A program made the translations under genes and the position numbers. A stretch of DNA of 64,000 nucleotides, from positions 248,001-312,000 of the forward strand of contig OZ025742.1 of assembly GCA_964019335.1 (NCBI GenBank), in the 5' to 3' direction. The notes under the pieces were generated by a model that ran no database searches, was not told the DNA's origin, and saw only the letters and a program-made list of their open reading frames with translations. Positions 11,093-22,221 of the stretch are shown piece by piece (positions within the stretch are counted from its first letter, which is position 1; every line of letters begins with the position of its first letter). This DNA is from Diplonema japonicum (taxonomy: Eukaryota > Protista > Euglenozoa: Diplonemea).

Positions 11093-11108
11093 CTTAAAAT
11101 CATTTCAG
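11059..11108 (+). mobile_element. 50-bp 3'-terminal copy of the same element inside the kinase, TSD CCACC (duplicate at 36960-37009)
   Basis: The uninterrupted target sequence is preserved in a local duplicate at 11178-11250. Confidence 0.7.
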
Positions 11109-11250
11109 CCACCTGATGTATTTTACGACGAACCACAATATGAAATGGGCGACGAAAACAAGATGCTTGACACCCTCAACTCACGGGGTCAGACACCCCA
11201 CCCCCACCTGATGTATTTTACGACGAACCACAATATGAAATGGGCGACGA

Positions 11251-11292
<42 letters not shown>

Positions 11293-11423
11293 TAACTCCA
11301 TTCCCCCCCGCGCCTTTAGATTTTGCATTTTTTTTTCTTTGTGGTGTTTTTTATTTTTTTTTATTTTTTTTTATTTATTTTTTTTTTATATTATTATTAC
11401 CGGATTCGTATTTATATTGTTAT

Positions 11424-12156
11424 CCCCTAAACGCCCAGAGCCTATCTATGGTACCCCCCCCCATTTTCGTTGTTGCTTTAAATACTCAAAAAAAGGGCAG
11501 CATGCAACCATAGGAAGGTGCAAGGAAAGGGTAAACGGTACTAAAATTTTCAATTCCAGGTGCCAGATTCAGATGAGAACACTTAACTATGTGTGTAAGA
11601 GGGGGGTTGAGGGTGTACTTTTTATGTCCGATTTTGGGGGGGTCTTGTCGTGGGGGGTCCGTGGAGTTATGGCTGGGCTAAAAAGGGCAGCATTCAGCCC
11701 TATTTGGTGCCCTGAACTCTAGGATTGAGGTCAGTCTGGAGACTTTTTGGGGCTGCGAGATGAAAAAAGCAACTTGTGAGTTTTTTTTCCAGCTGGGGTA
11801 GCATGCCATCATCCTCCCTGGCGTGTTCCTTTTCAGGCTGTGGAAGGAAGCCGGAATGCTCCAGCAGTTCCTCCTGCAGGTCAAGCAGGAGTGCATCTTG
11901 TTTTCGTATAGCTTCTGATAGAGCCCCAGGGAACAGAAGAAGTTGTTGAAGGCGATACTACGGTGGGTTCCCAGCCAGGGGTCGACAGCACACATGACTA
12001 GGTCCTGTGTTGTGGACTTCTTGCTGCAAATGTTGAAATTCGCCAGGTAACCGTTTGATGAGTCGCATGTAGCGATTACCTTGATGCCCACCGAGTTGTT
12101 TTTTCGTGGTGCCATGACTTTCATTGTTGTCCACCCATCAAAGGGGATAACACTGT
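11424..12156 (-). mobile_element. piggyBac fragment retaining one terminus (TTAT|CCCCTAAACGCCCAGAGC)
   Basis: Minus-strand SVIPFDG...GIKVIATCDSSNGY...SIAFNNFFCSLGL...TCRRN. Shares its 3' non-coding part with the 4154 element. CCC terminus. Confidence 0.85.
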
Positions 12157-12606
12157 GTAACAATGTGTACCGATCACGGGCAGTCAAGAAGCCATGGAGC
12201 GACATGTTTATTCGGAGTATAGGGGAGAGAAGCCAAAAATAATAAAAATAATCTATTGTATTGTTCTGTAAAAAGTCCCAAGTTGGGTTCAAAATCCGAA
12301 AAAAAGTACATAATTTATACAGTACACTAAATCCCCAGACCATTATTAAAGCTGAACAATATAAATACAAATCTATCTTTATTATTATTATTATTATTAA
12401 ATTCACCCCTTGAAAAGCATTGAAATAATGCATTTTCATTTAATAAATAGTTATTCGTCACCTTTTTCTTGAAGATGTTCGTTTCACAGTAGGTTTTTTT
12501 ATTTTCTAGAGGTTCTTCTTCTTCATTTGACTCCTGCAGCCTTCGAGACGAAGCACACAGGGAAAATACATTAGAAAAAAAGAATAAAAAAACAACCCAA
12601 AAGAAC

Positions 12607-14886
12607 ATGAATGGAAAGAGAGAGGGATCAGGTGAAGAGGTGAACGATATGACAGTGTTCGTGAAGACGGGAGGCGGGGTTCACGATGTGGAAGTGTCGG
12701 GGAAGGAGACGGTGGGGATCCTGTACAAGAAGGCGGGGTGTGCTGCTGGTTTACTCGAAGGCAAGTTCGAACTGGTTTGGGAGGGAGAGGTCCTGGACAG
12801 GAACGGGGGTGAAGATATCCAGGAACTCGGGCTCGTGGAGGGCAGCGTGGTCTATGTGGAGGCGAAGAAGATGAGAACCGTTCAGCTGGAGGAGCTTGAG
12901 AGCTCAGAAGTGGTTTCAGAGCTTGAGGAGCTTGTGACAGCTGACCCTGAGCTGGTTCTGGTGGTGGAGGTGGGGAACTCGCCAGCTGTCGAAGTCTTGT
13001 CCATGAAGACGACGGTCCTTCCTTCCGGACTTCGGTTCCTCGTTGTCACCGACTCCACAGGCTGTGTTACAAGGATAGGCTCTGGGTTTCTTGAAGAGTG
13101 CGACCACCTGACGTCTGTTGATCTCATCCTCCCCAATGTTTCCACCATTGGTGAAAATCTTTTATATGAGTGCAAAAATCTAGAAACCATCAACTTGAAT
13201 GTGATGACCAATCTTTCTTCTATTGGTCATTGCTTCTTGTATGGGTGCGAAAAACTAGAAACCATCGACTTGAATACGTTGACCAATCTTTCTTCCATTG
13301 GTGATCGCTTCTTGTTTGAGTGCAAAAAACTAGAAACCATCGACTTGAATGCGATGACCAATCTTTCTTCCATTGGTGATGGCTTCTTGTCTGGGTGCGT
13401 AAAACTAGAAACCATCAACTTGAATGCGATGACCAATCTTTCTTCTATTGGTCATTGCTTCTTGTATGGGTGCGAAAAACTAGAAACCATCGACTTGAAT
13501 ACGTTGACCAATCTTTCTTCCATTGGTAATCGCTTCTTGTTTGAGTGCAAAAAACTAGAAACCATCGACTTGAATGCGATGACCAATCTTTCTTCCATTG
13601 GTAATCGCTTCTTGTCTTGGTGCGAAAAACTAGAAACCATCAACTTGAATGCGATGACCAATCTTTCTTCTATTGGTCATTGCTTCTTGTATGGGTGCGA
13701 AAAACTAGAAACCATCGACTTGAATACGTTGACCAATCTTTCTTCCATTGGTAATCGCTTCTTGTTTGAGTGCAAAAAACTAGAAACCATCGACTTGAAT
13801 GCGATGACCAATCTTTCTTCCATTGGTAATCGCTTCTTGTCTTGGTGCGAAAAACTAGAAACCATCAACTTGAATGCGATGACCAATCTTTCTTCTATTG
13901 GTCATTGCTTCTTGTATGGGTGCGAAAAACTAGAAACCATCGACTTGAATACGTTGACCAATCTTTCTTCCATTGGTAATCGCTTCTTGTTTGAGTGCAA
14001 AAAACTAGAAACCATCGACTTGAATGCGATGACCAATCTTTCTTCCATTGGTAATCGCTTCTTGTCTTGGTGCGAAAAACTAGAAACCATCAACTTGAAT
14101 GCGATGACCAATCTTTCTTCTATTGGTCATTGCTTCTTGTATGGGTGCGAAAAACTAGAAACCATCGACTTGAATACGTTGACCAATCTTTCTTCCATTG
14201 GTAATCGCTTCTTGTTTGAGTGCAAAAAACTAGAAACCATCGACTTGAATGCGATGACCAATCTTTCTTCCATTGGTAATCGCTTCTTGTCTTGGTGCGA
14301 AAAACTAGAAACCATCAACTTGAATGCGATGACCAATCTTTCTTCTATTGGTCATTTCTTCTTGTATGGGTGCGAAAAACTAGAAACCATCGACTTGAAT
14401 ACGTTGACCAATCTTTCTTCCATTGGTGATAGCTTCTTGTCTGGGTGCGAAAAACTAGAAACCATCGACTTGAATACGTTGACCAATCTTTCTTCCATTG
14501 GTGATCGCTTCTTGTTTGAGTGCAAAAAACTAGAAACCATCAACTTGAATGCGATGACCAATCTTTCTTCCATTGGTGATGGCTTCTTGGGAGGGTGCGT
14601 AAAACTAGAAACCATCAACTTGAATGCGATGACCAATCTTTCTTCTATTGGTCATTGCTTCTTGTATGGGTGTGAAAAACTAGAAACCATCGACTTGAAT
14701 ACGTTGACCAATCTTTCTTCCATTGGTGATCGCTTCTTGTCTGGGTGCGAAAAGCTAGAAACCATTGACTTGAATGCGATGACCAATCTTTCTTCCATTG
14801 GTGATGGCTTCTTGGAGGGGTGCGTAAAACTAGAAACTGTCGACTTGAATTTAAAAAGAAAAAAAAAAAGAAAAGTCGGTGTTTAG
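12607..14886 (+). CDS. Ubl-LRR array gene 3, 759 aa, 22 modules, divergent allele set
   Basis: Same architecture. Dominated by a 3-module higher-order repeat (HC-YG / NR-FE / NR-SW). Tail NLKRKKKRKVGV. Confidence 0.92.
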   Translation: MNGKREGSGEEVNDMTVFVKTGGGVHDVEVSGKETVGILYKKAGCAAGLLEGKFELVWEGEVLDRNGGEDIQELGLVEGSVVYVEAKKMRTVQLEELESSEVVSELEELVTADPELVLVVEVGNSPAVEVLSMKTTVLPSGLRFLVVTDSTGCVTRIGSGFLEECDHLTSVDLILPNVSTIGENLLYECKNLETINLNVMTNLSSIGHCFLYGCEKLETIDLNTLTNLSSIGDRFLFECKKLETIDLNAMTNLSSIGDGFLSGCVKLETINLNAMTNLSSIGHCFLYGCEKLETIDLNTLTNLSSIGNRFLFECKKLETIDLNAMTNLSSIGNRFLSWCEKLETINLNAMTNLSSIGHCFLYGCEKLETIDLNTLTNLSSIGNRFLFECKKLETIDLNAMTNLSSIGNRFLSWCEKLETINLNAMTNLSSIGHCFLYGCEKLETIDLNTLTNLSSIGNRFLFECKKLETIDLNAMTNLSSIGNRFLSWCEKLETINLNAMTNLSSIGHCFLYGCEKLETIDLNTLTNLSSIGNRFLFECKKLETIDLNAMTNLSSIGNRFLSWCEKLETINLNAMTNLSSIGHFFLYGCEKLETIDLNTLTNLSSIGDSFLSGCEKLETIDLNTLTNLSSIGDRFLFECKKLETINLNAMTNLSSIGDGFLGGCVKLETINLNAMTNLSSIGHCFLYGCEKLETIDLNTLTNLSSIGDRFLSGCEKLETIDLNAMTNLSSIGDGFLEGCVKLETVDLNLKRKKKRKVGV

Positions 14887-15242
14887 AAGAAGAAGAAAAA
14901 AAGAGGGGGAAAAAAAAGAAGAAAAAAGAGCACCCTGGCGCTGAGAAACATCTTTGTGGAAAAACCAACGAAAAGCAATCCAATACCTCGGAGACACCGG
15001 GGACCTGCCCCCCTCCGCAACAACTCCACAACAACCATCTAACCTGCTGAAGTAGCATGCCGATCAGAAGGCGGCTGAGGCACTTGTCATTTAATCAGAA
15101 TCCCGAGATCCCATCCCTGATCCCCAAATAGAGAGTGTACCATCCTGTTTCTCGCGGAAACAGAGAACCTACCCCCTCCCCACCACAGCACCCGACCAAT
15201 CAGATGCAGCAGTGTGAAAAACCGGCACCCTTTGTAGCCAAG

Positions 15243-15278
<36 letters not shown>

Positions 15279-16426
15279 GTAAAGTGTTAAACAGCCAGCA
15301 AAGCTTGTGGAAAGAGAACACCAAGAAAAAAAAAGAGAGAGAAAAGAAGACCAGGACACCCCTCCCCGGTCGTGAGAGGCCTATGGGTGTGGCATGCCAT
15401 GTCTGAAACCTTTAGCTCCCTTGAAACTCACACCAGTGTGCGAGTTTGGCCCATTTTATTTTGGCACGTTGGCGATGGCTGTGGTGGTCGTCGCAAGAGC
15501 TCCTGTAGGAAGTATTGGACGATAACAGTTAATGGTTTTCGTTTTTCTTCTTTTTTTCTTTTTTTTCTTCTTTTTCTTCTTTTTCTTCTTTTTCTTCTTT
15601 TTCTTCTTAGTTTATCACCGTTCTTACTGAGCGCCATTTGACTTGTCACCTTGATGTTAAAAGATCGACCTTTTTTTTTTAATTTTTATTTATTTATTTT
15701 TTTTTTTTTTTTGCGGGCCATTGCTAACCACTTCGTTCTGTTATTTTCATTATTCTTTCCGGCGATAGACTGATACGGGCCATGAAAGCAACCTCTGCTT
15801 AATTCCTGGTACGTGGGAGGCTCCTCTTAAGAAGGGTCGCGACCAGCTGGACGTAAGAGAGTCGGGCCTGGCCGCTGGCATGCGCGTGCTGTTCGGAGCG
15901 GTTCCGCCCCCTTCCCTGACCCCCTTGGCCGTGGGTAGCAGGCCGCCGCAGGAGGAAGGTGAAACGGCGCAATCCCCCATTCCGGGGGCGAGCAGTGCGA
16001 GGCTCTGCTCTCCAGAGGCGAGGTTCCCGGAGGCGCCCATGGTGCCCATGGCCGCGGACCTGTGCGAGTCGGACGGGATGGAGTCACATTCGGCCTCCTC
16101 CGGTGTAGACGGAGAGCCGTCGCCCGCTCGTCCGTCGCAGTCTCCCGTGCTGGGGGCTGAAGGCGGGGGGCGCATCTCTCCGGAGGTCAGTACCCCAGAA
16201 ACCTCCAACCCCGATGTCCGGGTAGGGGGCGGGGAAAAGGTCGCCAGAAAAAGGGTACCTTCCCACGAGACCCAGTCGGCCCAACGCGCCGCCAAGGTCG
16301 GGAAGGGCCCTGTCCAACGAGATGTGAGGGGGTCCCAGGGTGGTCGATCCACCCCCCTGGGCTCGCAAGGGCCCAGGGCTTGAGCAGCCAACATTAAGGG
16401 TTCCTGAGGGAGCCCACTTTAGAATT

Positions 16427-16460
<34 letters not shown>

Positions 16461-16485
16461 CCCTTACAACAAATTGACAATGGGG

Positions 16486-16520
<35 letters not shown>

Positions 16521-16559
16521 ACCGGGAGTTTTCCCCCTGAAGTTCCTTTGTTAAAACAT

Positions 16560-16785
16560 GTTTGCTGTTGGGTTTCCGTTTCTTTTTGGTTTAACTAGAA
16601 GTTTTCCTTCTACAGCTTGTTTGCTGATGGTTTTGAGTTGATTCTTTTTTATTTTTTATCTTATGGTTTAACTAGAAGTTTTCCTTCTACAGTTTGCTTG
16701 CTGATGGTTTTAAGTTGATTCTTATTTATTTACTTACACTTTTTGGCTTAACTAGAAGTTTTCCTTCTACAGCTTGTTTGCTGAC
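16560..16785 (+). repeat. Three degenerate ~78-bp tandem units containing TTAACTAGAAGTTTTCCTTCTACAG
   Basis: Cores end at 16615, 16692 and 16772. Confidence 0.8.
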
Positions 16786-17816
16786 GGGTGGGTTTATCGG
16801 GCGGGCTTCCATAGCTGGTGATCTATGGAAGCCTTCCCTATTTTTTCTTTTTTCACGCCGGGCTGGGGGGAAGGACGGCAAGACCACCAACGGAGGAGAA
16901 ACCGCTGCAGAAAGGGGAAAGGTGCAGAAAGACGAAGAGTACGAGAAGGCGTCTCACAAAGACTCCCTTTAATTCATATATCTTTTATTTTCTTTTTATT
17001 TTTCTTTTCTTCTTTATTTTCTTTCTCCTAACCCAACCCCCTTCCTTGACCCCCCCGAAAAAAAAAGAAAAGAAAAGAAAAGATTCATTCCTCCCTAGTT
17101 TATTATATTTTGCATCAGGTCCGCCGAGAAAATAAAAGGAAAAATAAAGAAAGAGAACGGCAACCAAATTTTAAATTCTTATTTATCATCAAAGGAGGTT
17201 TGAAAAAGAGAAAAATTAAAGAGAAGAAAGAGACCTTTTTCTCCTCTATCAATAAGTGATTCACGAACTCGAATCTTTATCACCACTTTTTTGTGCATGC
17301 CAGATTTTTTTTTTCTCCCGCCTTGTTAAAGAAGTTTTAATTTACTAATAATAAAAAAAAAAAGTGAAAAGAGGAGTAGAAGACGATCCGGTGGGGGGCA
17401 TGGGAACCATAAACCGTGTCTTCCATCGCGATCGGCAAGGCGGGGGCTTTTCCGTCCCATGGGTGAAAAGAGGCGGATAAAATCACTGTTCCGGACCCCC
17501 CCCAACACTGAGCTTGCACTTTTTCTCCCACACATACCTCTCTTGTTTATCGAAATATCACCATTTTTACGGCGGACGCCAAGAAAAAAAAAAAGCCAAG
17601 GAGAAGGAGTTTAGGGAGTTAATGAAAGACCTACGGCCCCAAAGAAGGCGGTGAAAACAGCCATGGTAGGCCAGCCCTGGCAGACAGGGAGCCTGAACAC
17701 CAAAAACACCGCGGAGCCAAATTTGCATCCGGAATTTTCGGTTTTCAAACTTACAAAAACCCCCTGTAGGCATCTGCGTCCGTCCAGCCCCATTTTGGCA
17801 CCCCTTTTGGGTGTGG

Positions 17817-17848
<32 letters not shown>

Positions 17849-18257
17849 GTAAAGTGTTAAACAGCCAGCAAAGCTTGTGGAAAGAGAACACCAAGAAAAA
17901 AAAAGAGAGAGAAAAAAAGACCAGGACACCCCCTCCCCGGTCGTGAGAGGCCTATGGGTGTGGCATGCCATGTCTGAAACCTTTAGCTCCCTTGAAACTC
18001 ACACCAGTGTGCGAGTTTGGCCCATTTTATTTTGGCACGTTGGCGATGGCTGTGGTGGTCGTCGCAAGAGCTCCTGTAGGAAGTATTGGACGATAACAGT
18101 TAATGGTTTTCGTTTTTCTTCTTTTTTTCTTTTTTTTCTTCTTTTTCTTCTTTTTCTTCTTTACAACCGGCAGCCTTCGAGACAAAGCACACAGGGAAAA
18201 TACATTAGAAAAAAAGAAAAAAAAAAAAAAAAAAAAAAAAAACAATATTAAAAGAAC

Positions 18258-19772
18258 ATGAATGGAAAGAGAGAGGGATCAGGTGAAGAGGTGAACGATA
18301 TGACAGTGTTCGTGAAGACGGGAGGCGGGGTTCACGATGTGGAAGTGTCGGGGAAGGAGACGGTGGGGATCCTGTACAAGAAGGCGGGGTGTGCTGCTGG
18401 TTTACTCGAAGGCAAGTTCGAACTGGTTTGGGAGGGAGAGGTCCTGGACAGGAACGGGGGTGAAGATATCCAGGAACTCGGGCTCGTGGAGGGCAGCGTG
18501 GTCCATGTGGAGGCGAAGATGAGAACCGTTCAGCTGGAGGAGCTTGAGAGCTCAGAAGTGGTTTCAGAGCTTGAGGAGCTTGTGACAGCTGACCCTGAGC
18601 TGGTTCTGGTGGTGGAGGTGGGGAACTCGCCAGCTGTCGAAGTCTTGTCCATGAAGACGACGGTCCTTCCTTCCGGACTTCGGTTCCTCGTTGTCACCGA
18701 CTCCACAGGCTGTGTTACAAGGATAGGCTCTAGGTTTCTTGAAGAGTGCGACCACCTGACGTCTGTTGATCTCATCCTCCCCAATGTTTCCACCATTGAT
18801 GAAAATCTTTTATATGGGTGCAAAAATCTAGAAACCATCAACTTGAATGCGATGACCAATCTTTCTTCCATTGGTGATGGCTTCTTGTTTGGGTGCGAAA
18901 AACTAGAAACCATCGACTTGAATGCGATGACCAATCTTTCTTCCATTGGTGATCGCTTCTTGTTTGGGTGCGTAAAACTAGAAACCATCAACTTGAATGC
19001 GATGACCAATCTTTCTTCCATTGGTAATCGCTTCTTGTTTGGGTGCGTAAAACTAGAAACCATCAACTTGAATGCGATGACCAATCTTTCTTCCATTGGT
19101 CATTACTTCTTGTCTGGGTGCGTAAAACTAGAAACCATCAACTTGAATGCGATGACCAATCTTTCTTCCATTGGTGATGGCTTCTTGGAAGGGTGCGTAA
19201 AACTAGAAACCATCAACTTGAATGCGATGACCAATCTTTCTTCTATTGGTGATGGCTTCTTGGAAGGGTGCGTAAAACTAGAAACCATCAACTTGAATGC
19301 GATGACCAATCTTTCTTACATTGGTGATCACTTCTTAGAAGGGTGCGAAAAACTAGAAACCATCGACTTGAATGCGATGACCAATCTTTCTTCCATTGGT
19401 GATTGCTTCTTGTCTGAGTGCGTAAAACTAGAAACCATCAACTTGAATGCGATGACCAATCTTTCTTCTATTGGTGATTACTTCTTGGAGGGGTGCGAAA
19501 AACTAGAAACCATCGACTTGAATGCGATGACCAATCTTTCTTCCATTGGTGATCGCTTCTTGGAAGGGTGCGTAAAACTAGAAACCATCAACTTGAATGC
19601 GATGACCAATCTTTCTTCCATTGGTGATCGCTTCTTGTTTGGGTGCGAAAAACTAGAAACCATCGACTTGAATACGTTGACCAATCTTTCTTCCATTGGT
19701 GATGGCTTCTTGTCTGGGTGCGTAAAACTAGAATCTGTCGACTTGAATTTAAAAAGAAAAGTCGGTGTTTAG
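18258..19772 (+). CDS. Ubl-LRR array gene 4, 504 aa, 12 modules
   Basis: Same N-region and tail; 12 modules counted directly. Confidence 0.92.
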   Translation: MNGKREGSGEEVNDMTVFVKTGGGVHDVEVSGKETVGILYKKAGCAAGLLEGKFELVWEGEVLDRNGGEDIQELGLVEGSVVHVEAKMRTVQLEELESSEVVSELEELVTADPELVLVVEVGNSPAVEVLSMKTTVLPSGLRFLVVTDSTGCVTRIGSRFLEECDHLTSVDLILPNVSTIDENLLYGCKNLETINLNAMTNLSSIGDGFLFGCEKLETIDLNAMTNLSSIGDRFLFGCVKLETINLNAMTNLSSIGNRFLFGCVKLETINLNAMTNLSSIGHYFLSGCVKLETINLNAMTNLSSIGDGFLEGCVKLETINLNAMTNLSSIGDGFLEGCVKLETINLNAMTNLSYIGDHFLEGCEKLETIDLNAMTNLSSIGDCFLSECVKLETINLNAMTNLSSIGDYFLEGCEKLETIDLNAMTNLSSIGDRFLEGCVKLETINLNAMTNLSSIGDRFLFGCEKLETIDLNTLTNLSSIGDGFLSGCVKLESVDLNLKRKVGV

Positions 19773-21099
19773 AAGAAGAAGAAAAAAAGAGGGGAAAGAA
19801 AGAAGAAAAAAGAACACCCTGGCACTGAGAAACATCTTTGTGGAAAAACCAACGGAAAGCAATGCAATACCACGAAGACACAGGGGACCTGCTTCCCTCC
19901 GCAACAACTCCACAACAACCATCTAACCTGCTGAAGTAGCATGCCGATCGGAAGGCGGCTGAGGCACTTGTCATTTAATCAGAATCCCGAGATCCCATCC
20001 CTGATCCCCAAATAGAGAGTGTACCATCCTGTTTCTCGAGGAAACAGAGAACCTACCCCCTCCCCACCACAGCACCCGACCAATCAGATGCAGCAGTGTG
20101 AAAAAAAAAAAGCCCCCCTCTCCCCAAACAAAACAAACAAACAAACATTTCCCCACCCCCGATAACGTATAATTAAGAAAAGTATGGGGGGGAAAGGATA
20201 CTGAGGTGCGGCACCCTTAGTAGCCAAAAAAAAAAAGAAAGTGTAAAGTGTTAAACAGCCAGCAAAGCTTGTGGAAAGAGAACACCAAGAAAAAAAAAGA
20301 GAGAGAAAAAAAGACCAGGACCACCCCCGATAACGTATAATTAAGAATAAAAATTGTGGGGGGGGAAGGATACTGAGGTCTGGCACCAGCGGATGAGGAT
20401 GCGGGAAAGGGGGTTGCACTGCTTTCCCTGCCAAAGCTAGTCGAGGGTGCACACCTTGCGACATATGGGGCCCGACGGCACATGGTGACGACAGGAGACC
20501 ACTTTTCTCCTCGAGCCAAACAGCCCCTTACCTTGCATGACTCCATGTAATGTTCCTCGCCCAGATGCCGTCCATCTCATCACGACAAACAGCCACCGCA
20601 GGCACCAGACAGCAACCGCAGTACGGTGACCGATTAGTGTGGATTTCTACTTGAACAGTGAACACTCCCCTATGTGCACTGAAGCTTTATCGATTTTTTT
20701 AATTTTTTTTATTTGCTTCCAAGCTTTCTCTTGAAACTTTTGATTGTTACCTCAAGTTAGTTACCGTTCTTACTGAGCGCCGTTTGACTTTGTCACCTTG
20801 ATGTTAAAAGATCGACCTTTTTTTTTCTTCTTCTTTTTTTATTTTTTATTTTCTTCTGATGACCGTGGTGGTCGAGCTTTCTTTACCTCTCCACTTTCGG
20901 GGCGAAGTTTAACAAGGGTGACCGCTGTGTCACATTCCGCATGGCACCACTAAAATCGAGTCCCCCCTCCCCCTTCTTTTTTCCAGTGTGTCTTCTCTTT
21001 TTGTTGTTCTTCTTTCACAAGCATTATTATTGTGCGCCTGTGGTGTGGGTTTACCTTCAACACGAATACAGGGGGTGGGGGAAGAAGAAGAAAAAAAAA

Positions 21100-22221
21100 A
21101 TGGCGCCGGTGGGAGCATCAACGCCAACACAGTGCAAGTACCTGCCGATTTGGCATCAGAGGATAATGGAAGAGTCGGAGCTAAGCCGGGAGAAGAAGAA
21201 CAAAATGCTCATATTTTTCAAGGGGCTGTTGGTGGCTCTCCTGCGGTGCAAACCGCGCAACCCCATCAGCTTCTGTGAGAAGTACGTTGAAGAAAAAGTA
21301 GAAGGCGACGAACTAGAAACCAGCCTGTGCAGAAGCTGGAGGGGAGACTTCAACACCTACGACTTCACCAGAGACACCTCAGACGTGTTCCAAGTAAATA
21401 ACCGAGATGTCTATGGGGAGTACGAGACTATTAGAAAAACCCTCGACTTCAACTACCACGGTAACTACTCAAAAACCCGACAAGCAGTCCAAGACATAGC
21501 GGTCTCCGACGTTGTCCTGGGCGGTGAACTCAAATCCGAACCCTGGCTCGTCTACACAGCAGGAGCAATGGGGGCTGGGAAGTCCCATGTTATCAGGTGG
21601 ATGTCCGACCACGGGTATTTCCCACTACCGGACATCGTTCAAATAGACCCCGATCGGTTCAAAGAAATGCTCCCAGAATGGCAGGGCTACGTGGAGCATG
21701 ACCCCATGCAAGCTGGGGGTAGAATGCGCAAGGAATCCGGGTATCTAGTTGAAATCGCACAGCACAAGGCAATGGACATGGGCAAGAACGTGTGGGTGGA
21801 CGGGTCCCTGCGGGACGGGGAGTGGTACGCAAGGCAGCTAAAGATCATCAAGGAAAAATACCCGCATTACAGGGTGGCCATCATACACGTGTTGGCGGAC
21901 TTCGACATCGTTGTGAACAGAGCAGATGAACGAGGGGTGTCGACTGGGAGGTACGTACCTGTTGAGGAGATCAAGGACAGTTTTGAAAGAGTCCCTCTTG
22001 TTGTTGAGGAACTCTCAAAGTTGTGCGATTTCGTTGCGCACATCCGTAACAACCCCAGAGCACTGGCTAGGGTTGAGCTGCACACCGCATGCATTAAGGA
22101 CACAACGTGGAACGCAAACGCGGCCGAGGTGCACCCTGTCACTGGTCTCCTTTACCTCTTTTATTGTTGCGTGGTTTATTTTGTCTTGAAACTACATTTC
22201 GCGTTAAAATTTTTGTTTTAA
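21100..22221 (+). pseudogene. Truncated copy of the zeta-toxin-like gene (lacks glutaredoxin domain, breaks at HIRNN, 22053)
   Basis: Identical to the intact gene up to 22053, then the same foreign tail as the 3443 copy. Confidence 0.8.

Larger units (their letters stand above)
8687..12606. repeat. Spacer block B (copy 1), segmental duplicate of 34586-38523
   Basis: Same order of 3' flank, 214-bp element, kinase and inverted piggyBac end. The kinase differs by one residue (D/N). Confidence 0.95.

Noticed and set aside
10027-11424. Kinase captured inside a piggyBac (an ~80-bp motif at 10030 resembles 4163-4240)
   Set aside because: The neighbouring piggyBac end at 11424 faces away from the kinase, so the two pieces cannot bound one element.
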